The translations under genes were made by a program, and so were the position numbers. 64,000 nt of DNA from Octopus sinensis (Eukaryota). Location: NCBI RefSeq assembly GCF_006345805.1, contig NC_043014.1:22134001-22198000 (forward strand). Reading direction: 5' to 3'. The notes beneath the pieces were generated by a model that was not told the origin of the DNA, did no database searches, and was given only the letters and a program-made list of their open reading frames with translations. Below are positions 29,301-42,222 of this stretch, one piece after another (position 1 is the first letter of the stretch; each line of letters begins with the position of its first letter).

Positions 29301-29660
29301 AAATCAGTTTGGAAACCTCTAGCACAAGGTGCATAGAGTCCGATCAACCTGAAGGCCTTACTGCTGTATGTCACATCAAGGACGACCAGCCCAACTTCAG
29401 GGTCCACATAGACTGTACTTGTCTGCAGAGCCAAGCCTTTACGGATCAGTACCACTACCCCGCTCGCCCTCCGCTCTGGCCAGGAGACATGATTTTCTCG
29501 TAGCCATTCAGGAGAGACGAGAAGGTTTGTAGACCGTCCAGCTTGGTCTCTGTAGCAACCATCACATGCATATCATGTGATCTGAAATCGTCGAGGAAAC
29601 ACGCCTGCTTCCACTTCGAACTCAGACCACGCACATTCAAACAACCAAAGTTAAGTGAGT
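26312..29660 (-). pseudogene. ORF2: APE endonuclease, reverse transcriptase and C-terminal Zn finger (many frameshifts)
   Basis: GCLNVRGLSS, ATETKL, SYLDRI...DHRMV, GPGYWKLNKSIL, DQSKAFDRVDH, RQGCPLSPLLYVLALEPLL, AYADD, GGLGMP and ETVLHAFVECP. Confidence 0.92.
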
Positions 29661-29687
29661 CCGTTTACAGAAAGTAAAAAGTTCTAC

Positions 29688-31017
29688 TTACTTTCTCCTC
29701 GGAGAAGCTGGGGCCGACTTCACCACACGTGGATCAACCTCTTCCTTCGCATAATTTGGAAGTTCGTTAATTTTCCAAATGGCGTGCGGGTTCCTTCCCT
29801 TTAAGTCGCGGTACAGGGTTTCCCCTATTGCTGCACATCTCCGCGCCAGTCCTTCATGTTGGATATAAAGTTTTGACCTCAGATGTGTCACAATGGCTTT
29901 GTTTGTATATTGTTCAGTAGTGTCGTATTCGACAAGCATCCAATTTTCCTCTTTTTCTTCCGGGGTGGTTGGGCGGGATTTCTTTTTTAGTGCCTTTTGT
30001 TTATTGTTTTGGTTTTATTTTTTTTATAGGAGATATGGTTGGGGAAGGTTTTCTTTTTCGAGGTGTTTTAAATCCACCCTCTGATACCTCCATGGTATCG
30101 TCTGAGGGGGTTAACGTCTGTAGGGGTAACACTTTTTGGAGCAGTCGGTGCCACAGCTTCCAAGGGTATGGGTGTTTTTATATTTGTAGGGGTTTGTGCG
30201 TGTAGGGGCTGGGTTTTTTTGTCATTTGTTTTGGGGCTGGCACCACAACAGGGTGAGTGGGGATTTTTTTGTTTGTGGGGTTGGTGTGTTTGCGGGGGTG
30301 GGTTTTTTGGTTATTTGAGGGGCCTGGTGTTTGCGACAACTTTTTTTTCTTCACAGTCCACTCGAATATGGCCCTTTTTTCCGCATTGGTAACAGGTGGG
30401 CTTACGGCATTCCACCTGTACCCTAAGGGCTACATTCTCCTCAACGAGCACTCTCTCTGGTAGGACCTGAATGTCCTCGTGTTTCCCTTGAATGTTCGAC
30501 CCTAACCAATTCTGGGGCGTGGAACTTGTCGTTTGTAGTATTTTTATTTGGTCCGTCCTATTAAACAGCAGGGCGGCCACCACTTCTTTAGGGTCCACTT
30601 CAGGTGGCACTTCATTGATTCTTACACGGGACGTTCTTCGTCCCATATAAGTTGGCAGAAGTACTACTTCTTTGGACTTCAGGGGACACACGGAATGCCC
30701 GCGGGCCACCTCTTCCTTTGAGAATTGGACCTCAACAGAACCATATGCCCGTCCCCTCGAGATATACACTATATCCCTCCATATCGGGGAAGGCACTTTT
30801 TGATTGTTTCTTTTTCGAAGTATTTAAACCTTTTGTCTTGAGGGCAGAAGGTTTTATACACTACGGTCTGTTTCTCTGTTTCTAACACAGTGGAGGAGGG
30901 TGATATCACAACATCACCTCCCTCTTCCTTCATCCTTTTAAAATATCCCTGCAACATGTCTACCGAGATATCAATATTTTCGGTTGCCACTACGGCAACT
31001 GCCGAAAACTTTTTCAC
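29688..31017 (-). pseudogene. ORF1 with CCHC zinc knuckle (frameshifted)
   Basis: RGRAYGSVEVQF...LLPTYMGRRTSRVRI...CYQCGKKGHIRVDC. Confidence 0.88.
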
Positions 31018-31313
31018 AGTGTTGACACAATTGCCAACATCAACATTGCTCTCTACAAGAGCAGATTTTTCATGAATGATTTCAACCGATATGGTTGAAA
31101 TAAGTATAATTCAAGAGAAAAGGTTTTCCTCTCGCAGAGGACAAAAATAATCAATTTGCATTACCGCAGTCTAAAGTTCAAATCCCACCCCCGATGAGGG
31201 GCGAGACGTATCAACAAAGTCTACAACGTTCGAAATTAATTTTTCCATACAATAATGAAATATAGAATCCCCAAAAAGGGAAACCTATATCTTTTCCTCA
31301 CAACGAGGACAAC

Positions 31314-31386
31314 AGAGCCTACAATGAGAGCCTAGAGCCTACAATGAGAGCCTAGAGCCTACAATGAGAGCCTAGAGCCTACAATG
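31314..31386. repeat. 20-bp tandem repeat (agagcctacaatgagagcct x about 3.6) in LINE 5'UTR
   Basis: Perfect units directly visible. Confidence 0.95.
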
Positions 31387-31740
31387 GCTAAAATTTAATT
31401 TTTTCCACAATAATAATTTGCTCATCTCAAAAACGGGAAGCCTATAATATTTTTCCCTTTAATGAGGATAACAGTTCAAATGCCACCCCCGCTGGGGGCG
31501 GGGCACGACAATAAAGCCTACAACGGCTTTAACAAGTTCAATATTAATAATATTAATAAATTCAATATTAATAATTTCAATATTTCAACAATTACTTTCT
31601 CCCGTCACCGGGAAAAAGCACAAAAATTTTCAAAGTTCACGAAAATATTCAACAATAATTATTCAACAATAGAAAAATTATCCACGTGCAACAACACGTT
31701 TGACTCACCGCCAGAAAAAGACGTCTGTCTTCGACAAAGG

Positions 31741-31780
31741 TTAAGCAAGCTACTTACCACACAGCCACTGCTGCGCCTAT
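31741..31780 (-). mobile_element. 5' remainder of SINE family A head (A-box)
   Basis: Minus strand ataggcgcagcagtggctgtgtggtaagtagcttgcttaa. Confidence 0.9.
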
Positions 31781-32010
31781 TGAAAAATTTACTGTATTTT
31801 GTACATACGAGTATATAGGCATGCGGACGCAATAAAATGGGCTCGCAGGTGCAACTGGCCCGCGGGCGGGGGTTTCCCTACCCCTGGTCTACGGCAAACA
31901 ATTTGCATGTTGATTTCACTTCATAGAAATTGGTTCTTTACATTCTTATTCTTTTCTCTATCTTTTTATGATACGTATTTTATAGCCTTCCCCCACCCCT
32001 AACTCTTAAA

Positions 32011-32167
32011 CTAAAATAGATTGAAATGCAATAGATCGATACTATGGTTATAATTATGGGTGACAATTTCATACGACACCGCTATAAAAAACTTAGCGGT
32101 GTCTTATGAAATTGTCACATATAATTATAACCCTAGTATCGATCTATTGCATTTCAATCTATTTTAG
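32011..32167. repeat. 74-bp-stem hairpin (4 mismatches, 9-nt loop); centre of a fold-back/MITE-like element
   Basis: Arms 32011-32084 and 32094-32167 are reverse complements. Confidence 0.92.
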
Positions 32168-32169
32168 AT

Positions 32170-32238
32170 TTAGGGTTAGGGTTAGGGTTAGGGTTAGTTA
32201 GGGTTAGGGTTAGTTAGGGTTAGGGTTAGGGTTAGGGG
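32170..32238 (+). repeat. Interstitial (TTAGGG)n with two TTAG variants
   Basis: Directly visible; a degenerate cccctaac lies at the mirror position on the other side of the hairpin. Confidence 0.92.
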
Positions 32239-32528
32239 TTGGAGAAGGGTATCTTTTTTTCTTCACAAATGTAAATAAACCCAATCTGTTTCTTAAAGGA
32301 GGGACATATTCATTATGCACAGAATGTTATTTACCTAAATGGAGGTCAGCGATTGATTAAAATTGCCGAAATGCAAGAAATTAAAGACGAAATATGTTAC
32401 AACCTATAGAATTTTCTCAATAAAGCCAAGAGAAAATGATATAAACACATTCTACCAGTATACGAAGTTTAAAATTTTTTTAGTTACCTAGAAATTGTTA
32501 CAAACTGCCGTTCGAAAGGAAAAGATCC

Positions 32529-32591
<63 letters not shown>

Positions 32592-33313
32592 CTTAAAGCG
32601 ACGAAAATATTTTGGCAAATTAAATTTAAATGTTGAAGTGAATCTAATAGTTTTAGTGCGTTTCTTAAATGGCTTATAAACACCTTCAACGCTGCAATTA
32701 TTTTCGTTCCAGCATACGATCTCAGATCAAGTCACTCGCTATGCAAGTACATCTCCGTAATATATGTGTGTGTTTGTTTTGTCGAGTTATAATAAAAACC
32801 CTATTTAACATACATATAATATGTATACCCGTCAGTGTGTGTGTGTGAGAGTGTGTGCCTGTGTTGTTTGCGTGTTGTGTTGTGTGTGAGTGTGCGCGCG
32901 CATATGTGACGTCTATATTTAGCAAGTGATCGGGTGGTTTGATAGGCTTTGGGAAATACCAGAAGTAAAATCAATGTGAGTGCGCGCTCGCGTCAGCGCG
33001 CGTGTGTCTATTTGAGTTGATTGTTTGTCTGTGTGTACGGCCATAGATTGTTTATGAGTGCATGTTTGTGTACATTCGGTGAGTGGGTATGCGAGTGTAT
33101 GTTTGTCTGTTTATGTGTGTGTGTGTGTGTGCGTGTGTGCGTGTGTGTGAAATTGGCCTCTCTACTGCAAAGATTTTCAGTGTAGAGATTTAGAAAGTCG
33201 GAAAGCCTGAGTTGGTGGGGGAGGTGGAGGAAATTCTTACTACTTGTAACGAACGACAGCGACTACAACGACAAATACGATGCACAAAAAATAATGAGCA
33301 TAAAATACCACCG

Positions 33314-33367
<54 letters not shown>

Positions 33368-33910
33368 TCTCTCTCTTCATCACAATATGCGGCTGAGTAT
33401 TGTGATGAACTACATCTACCAACATTATGATGGATCTCCGAGGCCTCAGAAACAGTTGTTGGACTTATAACACCTTCCTCCCCTTAAATTTTTTCTGTCG
33501 TTTGTACTCGGTGTAAGTTGGACCTATTAATATAAATATCTATATATTTATACTAAAATATTATTCGTCGTCTGGAAGTCTCCACTTTTTGTTTTCTCTC
33601 GTTTTGCATGTGTACGTATATACTTATTTTATATTTCACCCAAACTAATATACCTAATTTCCTTATCCGCATAATTGCCCCCATATCTGCTCAACTTGAT
33701 CCCTCTTATAGCCTTTCTTTACCCTGTGGAATTGGTCCCCGTTAAAGACATCGGAGTCTAAATTTGAATCATTTGAGTACTACTATGTATCTTCTGTACT
33801 GAGAATCTTTGGATCTGATCTGTTGACTGTGTGTGTGTGTATGTGTGTGTGTGTGTGTGCATGTGTGTGTGCGTGCGTGCGTGCGTGTATGTGTGTGTGT
33901 GCGTGCGGGC

Positions 33911-33965
<55 letters not shown>

Positions 33966-33966
<1 letters not shown>

Positions 33967-35252
33967 GAGGGACGTTCAATAAGTAATGCCTCTGACCCAT
34001 TTGCAGTTGTTTGATCTAGCTGAAATTTTGCATGTGCAATCATTTATATCTCTATAGAGTAAGTGACAAATTACAGTTCTGAACTAATTGTGGTTTCTGA
34101 TTTACAGGTGTTTGAACTGAGTCAAGTGTGAAATGGAGCCTGTTGAGTGTCGAACAGTGATCCGGTTTTTGTATTTGAAAGGACGCACACCACGGGAGAC
34201 TTTTGATGAAATGAAAGTAACTTATGGTGATGATGCCCCATCATATGACCTTGTAAAACGCCGGGATCGTGAATTCAAACATGGTCGGAACTCTGTGGAA
34301 ACAGCTCCCAGATCTGGTCGCCCTCTTCTGCCATTGATGAGGCATCTGTCCGTCAAGTTGAGGCTGCCATTTTCGAAGCTCGACGCATAATTATTCGCCA
34401 AATAGCCCATGAGGTCAAGATTAGTACCGGGTCTGTGGAAACTATCATTCATGACCATTTGCATATGCAAAAAGTGTCTGCCAGATGGATTCCCAGGTTG
34501 CTCGCGCCTTTCCAGAAGCAAGAACGCGTCGAGTGCTCGAGGATGAATTTGGAGATGTGCCAAGAAGATGAGTCAAATTTTTTCAAAAGACTGATTATAC
34601 AGGATGAAACCTGGGTCCATCACGATGATCCAGAGACCAAAGCCCAGTCAATGCAGTGGAAGCACCGTGACTCACCTCCTCCAAAGAAGGCAAGGGTGCA
34701 GCCCTCCGCTGGCAAGATCATGCTCACAGTCTTTTGGGACCAGGACGGAGTAGTGATGACAGATTTCCTGGCAAAGGGTACCACAATTACAGGAGCCTAT
34801 TATGCTTCACTTTTGAGGAAATTAAGAGAAGTTATCAAAATCAAGAGGCGGGGCAAGATCAGCAAAGGCATCCTCCTCCTGCAGGACAATGCTCCGGTCC
34901 ACAACTCGCTTGTCGCCAGATCAGAAGCACAGGCGTATGGCTATGAACTCCTCCCCCGTCCCCCCCTACTTTCCTGACATTGCACCCTCTGATTTTCACC
35001 TCTTCCCAGTCATAAAGTTGTTTTTGAGAGGAAAGCGTTTCCTCTCAGCCTTGATTTCTAAAGTCACGTTCAGGTTGGAGGACCAAGCTGGGGTCTTCTA
35101 CAAAAACGGTCTCCAGAGCTGCATCAAACGATGGTAGAAATGCGTAACTCTGGGTGGTTCCTATGTAGAAAAAGACTAATAACTGTGCCAAGTTTCGTTG
35201 CTCTACTGCTATAGGAAGTGGGTCAGGGGCATTACTTATTGAACGCCCCTCG
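33966..35252 (+). mobile_element. Mariner element, full-length, frameshifted
   Basis: 34-bp TIRs with 2 mismatches (cgagggacgttcaataagtaatgcctctgaccca), TA flanks, 1287 bp. DETW / QDNAPVH / PDIAPSDFHLF catalytic motifs; frameshifts after RSGRP and in the poly-C run near 34960. Confidence 0.97.
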
Positions 35253-35589
35253 TATATACATATATATATATATACGTATATATATATTCATACATATATA
35301 TATATATATGTATTTATATATGTATATATGTGTGTGTGTATATATATATTTATGTGTGTGTAGCTTTGTGTCTGTGTGTCCCCCCCCACCATCATCATTT
35401 TACAACCGATGTTGGTGAGTTCACGTCCCCGTTACTTAGTGGTTCAGCAAACAAGACCGCTAGAATGAGTACTAGGCTTACAATAAATAAGTTCTGGGGT
35501 CAATTTCTTCGACTAAAAAGCCCTTTATGGTGATGTTCCAACATGGCCGTAATCAAATGACTGCAACAAGTAAAAGAATAAAAGAATAT

Positions 35590-35660
<71 letters not shown>

Positions 35661-36947
35661 CGAGGGACGTTCAATAAGTAATGCCTCTGACCCATTTGCA
35701 GTTGTTTGATCTAGCTGAAATTTTGCATGTGCAATCATTTATATCTCTATAGAGTAAGTGACAAATTACAGTTCTGAACTAATTGTGGTTTCTGATTTAC
35801 AGGTGTTTGAACTGAGTCAAGTGTGAAATGGAGCCTGTTGAGTGTCGAACAGTGATCCGGTTTTTGTATTTGAAAGGACGCACACCACGGGAGACTTTTG
35901 ATGAAATGAAAGTAACTTATGGTGATGATGCCCCATCATATGACCTTGTAAAACGCCGGGATCGTGAATTCAAACATGGTCGGAACTCTGTGGAAACAGC
36001 TCCCAGATCTGGTCGCCCTCTTCTGCCATTGATGAGGCATCTGTCCGTCAAGTTGAGGCTGCCATTTTCGAAGCTCGACGCATAATTATTCGCCAAATAG
36101 CCCATGAGGTCAAGATTAGTACCGGGTCTGTGGAAACTATCATTCATGACCATTTGCATATGCAAAAAGTGTCTGCCAGATGGATTCCCAGGTTGCTCGC
36201 GCCTTTCCAGAAGCAAGAACGCGTCGAGTGCTCGAGGATGAATTTGGAGATGTGCCAAGAAGATGAGTCAAATTTTTTCAAAAGACTGATTATACAGGAT
36301 GAAACCTGGGTCCATCACGATGATCCAGAGACCAAAGCCCAGTCAATGCAGTGGAAGCACCGTGACTCACCTCCTCCAAAGAAGGCAAGGGTGCAGCCCT
36401 CCGCTGGCAAGATCATGCTCACAGTCTTTTGGGACCAGGACGGAGTAGTGATGACAGATTTCCTGGCAAAGGGTACCACAATTACAGGAGCCTATTATGC
36501 TTCACTTTTGAGGAAATTAAGAGAAGTTATCAAAATCAAGAGGCGGGGCAAGATCAGCAAAGGCATCCTCCTCCTGCAGGACAATGCTCCGGTCCACAAC
36601 TCGCTTGTCGCCAGATCAGAAGCACAGGCGTATGGCTATGAACTCCTCCCCCGTCCCCCCCTACTTTCCTGACATTGCACCCTCTGATTTTCACCTCTTC
36701 CCAGTCATAAAGTTGTTTTTGAGAGGAAAGCGTTTCCTCTCAGCCTTGATTTCTAAAGTCACGTTCAGGTTGGAGGACCAAGCTGGGGTCTTCTACAAAA
36801 ACGGTCTCCAGAGCTGCATCAAACGATGGTAGAAATGCGTAACTCTGGGTGGTTCCTATGTAGAAAAAGACTAATAACTGTGCCAAGTTTCGTTGCTCTA
36901 CTGCTATAGGAAGTGGGTCAGGGGCATTACTTATTGAACGCCCCTCG
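35661..36947 (+). mobile_element. Mariner element, identical duplicate of 33966-35252
   Basis: Constant 1695-bp offset; identical translated ORFs including the same lesions. Confidence 0.97.
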
Positions 36948-37289
36948 TATATACATATATATATATATACGTATATATATATTCATACATATATATATAT
37001 ATATGTATTTATATATATGTATATATGTGTGTGTATATATATATTTATGTGTGTGTAGCTTTGTGTCTGTGTGTCCCCCCCCACCATCATCATTTTACAA
37101 CCGATGTTGGTGAGTTCACGTCCCCGTTACTTAGTGGTTCAGCAAACAAGACCGCTAGAATGAGTACTAGGCTTACAATAAATAAGTTCTGGGGTCAATT
37201 TCTTCGACTAAAAAGCCCTTTATGGTGATGTTCCAACATGGCCGTAATCAAATGACTGCAACAAGTAAAAGAATAAAAGAATATATATA

Positions 37290-37334
<45 letters not shown>

Positions 37335-37668
37335 TCAAGAATTAAACAAGCACGACAAAGAACAAACGGAAAACTAACACACGAAAACATGGACATGCTC
37401 CTTCCTAGTCAGTTATCGTCCAAGCCTGTCTTTTTTCTTAATAGCATGTCAGTTTTCGAGAATTAAATCTTTATATCATCTCCCCTTCTTAAGTGGGGAT
37501 GATCATAATGGTATTTAGTAATTATGATATATCCTCTAGAGGCGAAAGTTAATTTTGATAAATCATAAATTTTTGTTGCATGGTATTTAACATACCAGTA
37601 TTTGTCTGTTAAACAAATGCATGACTCTGGACACCTCGAGTTGTTTCTCTTCGCTAATTTTTAAAAAA

Positions 37669-37744
<76 letters not shown>

Positions 37745-37869
37745 GTGTGTGAGTGTGTGTGTGTGTGTGTGTGTGTAGAAAAAGGGAAATAAAGCAAGCT
37801 TCAAGCAATTTTGAAAGTTTTACAGATACTTTGGTCTTCTGGATACTTCAGGCGCAAAGGCCAATCTTC

Positions 37870-39540
37870 AAAAGGAAGCAACAACAACAACAACTCTCCA
37901 ACTGCAGGTGCAAGCGACGATCCAGTTATTGATCGTTGTAACGTATTTTCACGTGGTGGTGTTGGATGATGGTGCTGGTGGCGTATATTATGATGTTGAA
38001 TGTAATGCCACGTTGTTTCATCTTCTGTGTATTGCTTCCGGGATTTAGGATCAGTGTTGGTGATCTTCATCGTCTGTTTCAGTTGGTGTTTGTAGCATTT
38101 CATGGGTCAGCTGTGTGATCTCTTACCAGAGCTGTTTCGCTATAAAGGATTTGACGAGACATTTTGGCGTTACTCTTGTGGTGGACATGACCTGCCCATT
38201 TGAGGCGATGTTTGATGATGTTTGATGCTGTTGGCTTTGGCCAGTTCAAGGAGTGCAAGATTATTGACATAGTCTTCCCATTTGCTGTACATAACTGATC
38301 GCAGATTTTGTCAATTAAATTGATCCAGCTTTCGAATGTCTCGGCAGTACAAAGTGTAGAATAAGATAGAAACAAACACGGATCGATACACCACGAGCTT
38401 GATCTGTGGTTTCAAATTCTTGTTTCTGAAGACGTACTAAAAAGACCTTTCAGAACCGATATGAACTGCTCGGATCCTGTTTCGACGTCTTTCTCAGAGT
38501 TAAGTTGTGTGGAGAGGATGTTTCTAAGGCTAGGAAACTGGTTTACTTGTTCCAGTGGAGACGGTGACATTGAAATTTACGACTGAGTCTGGAGGTTATG
38601 CAAATATTTTGGTCTTCTGGACCTTGATTGTCAGCTCGAAGCGATTATATACATCTTTGAAGTTGCTGATCGATTCCTTAATTTCACCTGGTGAGCTGGT
38701 GAGGCATCGTCGTCAGTGTACCGCGGTTTAGCGACACGAGTGTTGTTGGCCAGTGCTTGTGATCAAAATCCGAACAGACTGTAGGATCCATCGAAGTGGT
38801 ACTTGATCCCTACGTTACGATTGTTAGGCAGAATTTCGTATGGCTTAGCCACAAAATACAAGAAAAAAAGATTGGGGTAAGTACACATCCCTACTTTAAG
38901 CCGTTAGTGGTCGAGAAATTTTCTAACATGTTATTCTGATATATCATCCGTCCAGTCATGATATCGTGGAGGACCCGGATGAAGGATACAAAATTGCTAA
39001 GGTAACCGAATCGCTTCAGGACTATCCACATATCTGTACGTAGTACGGCGCTGAAAGCCTTTTCGAGATCATAGAAGGCCAGCAAGAAAACTTTCAGTTG
39101 TTCTCTGCATTTTTCTAAAGTTCTTTTGCACGGAATACCATGTCAATTGTTCCACTTCAGGCTCAAAATCCACACTAAGATTTTGAGAACACTTTTTCCG
39201 AGATAACTCGGAGGGGGTTGAACAGTATTCTGGCGAAAATTTTCCCAAGGCTGGAGAAGAAAGGTATGCCACATTAATTCCTATAAATGCTGCGATCTCC
39301 ATTCCTAAAGATTGCAACGTTAACGATGAGGGCATTCTTGATTAGCCTTGTTCTTAAAGACTAGTCGCCATTTTGAATAAGTTCAAGAGGGATATCGTCT
39401 GGGCTTGGTGGCTTCCTTGGTTTCGTATATTTGAAAGCATCTCTGAATTCTTGAAAAGCTGGAGGATCCATGGTTGAGGAGGATGTTAAGGCACTGTGTT
39501 AAGAATATATTCCGTTGCAATAGAGCTCCTATTTAGAAAA
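37870..39540 (-). mobile_element. RTE-clade LINE 3' relic
   Basis: GKIFARILF, AFYDLEKAFSAVLRTDMWIVLKRFG, RLKWAGHV...RQILYSE and a (CAA/TTG)n end. Confidence 0.8.
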
Positions 39541-39559
39541 ATACTGAAGTATTCCTTCA

Positions 39560-41490
39560 CTGTGGAAAATCCTCATTCAACTTTTAAATCGCTATCTGAA
39601 GCCGGATAAGATACTCTCGCCAGGGAAGGTGTTGAATACAATCTTACTTCATAAGGAGAATGATAAAGATTTTAGAAACTATCGCCCCTTAAGTCTCTTG
39701 TCTCACCTCAATAAGCGATTTACAAAGTTCATAGGCAACAGACTATCGAACTATTTCGATGACCAGCAGCCGAGGGAGCAAGTTTTCATAATAACTACAG
39801 TAAGATGGACCATATATTCATTCTAGCACAACTTGTAGAACGAACGAAAGAATAAAAGATGTCGCTGGTTCAACGCTTTCGTTGACTATGATGAAAAAAG
39901 TCATTAATAACGTCAGTGTTGAAATCTCTGGAAATGCAAGGTATCGAGAAGCAACACATAAAACTACTCAAGAATACGAACTCCGGATGTACAACCGATA
40001 TTTTGGTTTGTCAGATAAATTAGTTCGTTTCCTTCTGATGTTATTTGAATTAGTATGAAATATATTTTTATAGAATTTTTTTTTAGAGGGAAGTAGCTCT
40101 ATTCTTCCTCTACAACTTTTATTTATCGTTTTTGAAATTTCAATAAATTTTACTCTTTTCTGACTTATGATAATCGGGTGCCCAAGTAGAAAAACGAACA
40201 TTTTCGACACCTACTTTTCGCTTCTAATCAAGGTTCCGAAGCTGGAGACGTTTGTAACGTGTTAAATGAAAGCGCTATTATTAAATGAACTGCGCAGAAA
40301 TTGTTTTAACCCTTCAAAGAGAGGAAATTCAACTCAAATACTCTCCGCGTCCAATTCGACCTGTTCAATTCAATGAGGATCGATTGAAAGAGCTCATCCC
40401 TGAGTATCCACGCCAATCCACTTGGAAATTAGCCCACGCTCTCATGATATCGTCGCTCGACACCTTCACTCGATGGGTAAGAGCCAAAAATTCGGTGCAT
40501 AGATATCACATGGTCTGAACGAAAGAGACAAACTCCAACGTTCCTTTATCGCTACCAGTTTGTTCACTCGACATCGAGTTACTCGTAGACACATTTAGAG
40601 ATTTCTTACCGCATCATCCCCGGTCATGTAAAATGGTGTCTTTATGTCAATATGAAGCAGAGGAAAGAATGGCTGAGTCCTTATAAGCATGCAGCATCTC
40701 GAACCAAGCAAGAGCTGCATCCACGCAGAACAATAATTTGCGTTGTTGGGATTAGGAATGGCTAATCCACTACGAAATGATCGCAAATGCCACCGAGTCA
40801 GCGAGGTCAACCAGCTGAAACGACCCGGCGATACGGTGTGCTTCTTCAAAAGGACAACACTCGCCCCTAAGTTGCTATTTTAACACAGAATGCTATTCGA
40901 GAGCTCGGTTGGGACGTTATACCTCACCCACTGTATTCTCCTGGTATACTCTTGATATAGCGTCTTCAGATTATCACAGTTTTAGATCGCTCTGCAACTA
41001 TTAGCAAAGCTTGTCGCTTAACAACGTTGTGGAGCTGGGAATGCGAGGAAGTAATTAACAAGCTAGTGGAACGTTGGCAAGAAGTCGCGAACAATGAAAG
41101 AGAATATATACTACTGACTGAATAATAAAAATCATTGATAAGGGTTAAAATAAATGATAAAAAAACGAACGAATTTATCTAACAACACAATAACTCTGTT
41201 ATCGCTACCCGGAAAAATTTTGTTAAAGTTCCAATTGAGAAGGGTATCAAACAAGGAGATGCAATCTACCCAAAGCTCTTCACCAAATGTCTGGAAATAT
41301 TCATTAGACATTGATTGGATTGCGTGAACATCAGCGGCATTCTATCAAGACATCTCCGATTCGCAGATGACATCGTAATCATCGCCGAAACCACAGATCA
41401 ACTTCAGATTATGCTTACAGAGCTGGACACCCAGGTCAGCAGTTGGCCTTAAAATGATCCACATGAAAACAAAATACATGCAGTTCGAAG
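39560..41490 (+). mobile_element. RTE-like LINE RT relic, interrupted by a mariner
   Basis: ILLHKENDKDFRNYRPLSLLSHLNKRFTK...QQPREQ, then KGIKQGDAIYPKLF and LRFADDIV after the insertion. Confidence 0.8.
40001..41190 (+). mobile_element. Mariner element, decayed, nested in RTE
   Basis: Imperfect TIRs (ttggtttgtcagataaattagttcgttt vs aaacgaacgaatttatctaacaacacaa) with TA at 39999-40000 and 41191-41192. Transposase fragments similar to the 50.7-52.0 kb element. Confidence 0.8.
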
Positions 41491-41494
41491 ACGC

Positions 41495-41532
<38 letters not shown>

Positions 41533-41564
41533 CACACACACGCGCACATACACACACACACGCA

Positions 41565-41595
<31 letters not shown>

Positions 41596-42190
41596 GCACG
41601 CACACACACACACACACACACTCACTCACTGACTCACACACACACACACACACACAAAATATCATAAAACAGGTTCGGAATCAAATTTTAACTTTAAATT
41701 TCTTGATTCTGCTTAGATTTTAGAATAAAATTCTTACCGGACGATCAGTGCTCAAAAGTAGTGCAAGGATCATAGCATAAACTTCGATAATGCTACTCGT
41801 GATTTAAAAGCCCTTCAAATTTATTTTGTAATCAGTTTCTAATCATTGATTAACGATCACTTGAAGTTCGGCTGAAATTACATGGTGAATAAGACATCCA
41901 AGTTATAAATACTCATATATAACAATTAGCAATCGTGATACATGTCGACTATGCGGAACATAAGTTGGAAAAATTGACGTTCACTGGTTATTCAGTATCA
42001 AATGAAGCAGAGTTCCATACACAAGTACAATTTGGTAGACAGGTGTCTTTAAAAAATAAAACAAACTATGGCACTAAAATATTCCTGAAACCATTTGTAA
42101 AGTAAGATAAGTTCATATCTTGAGAAGAAAGGTTGAGTTTCGGACTGCATCCTTTTTATCAACGTCATTATAAGTCTCTTCAGAATTTGG

Positions 42191-42222
<32 letters not shown>

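Larger units (their letters stand above)
26102..31740 (-). mobile_element. Full-length Tx1/L1-clade LINE (element B), about 5.64 kb, decayed
   Basis: 15-bp repeat ttaagcaagctactt at 26087-26101 and 31741-31755; 5'UTR, ORF1, ORF2 (APE-RT-Zn finger) and 3' hairpin CGCC-ttaat-GGCG. Confidence 0.93.

Noticed and set aside
32170-32238. True chromosome end or telomere fusion
   Set aside because: Only about 70 bp, internal, and embedded in a symmetric repeat element.
33421-33465. Possible decayed hammerhead (tgatgga...gaaacagttgt)
   Set aside because: Core and stems too degenerate to support.
34133-35137. SETMAR-like host gene
   Set aside because: No SET domain, intact TIRs and TA flanks, two frameshifts; an ordinary mariner copy.
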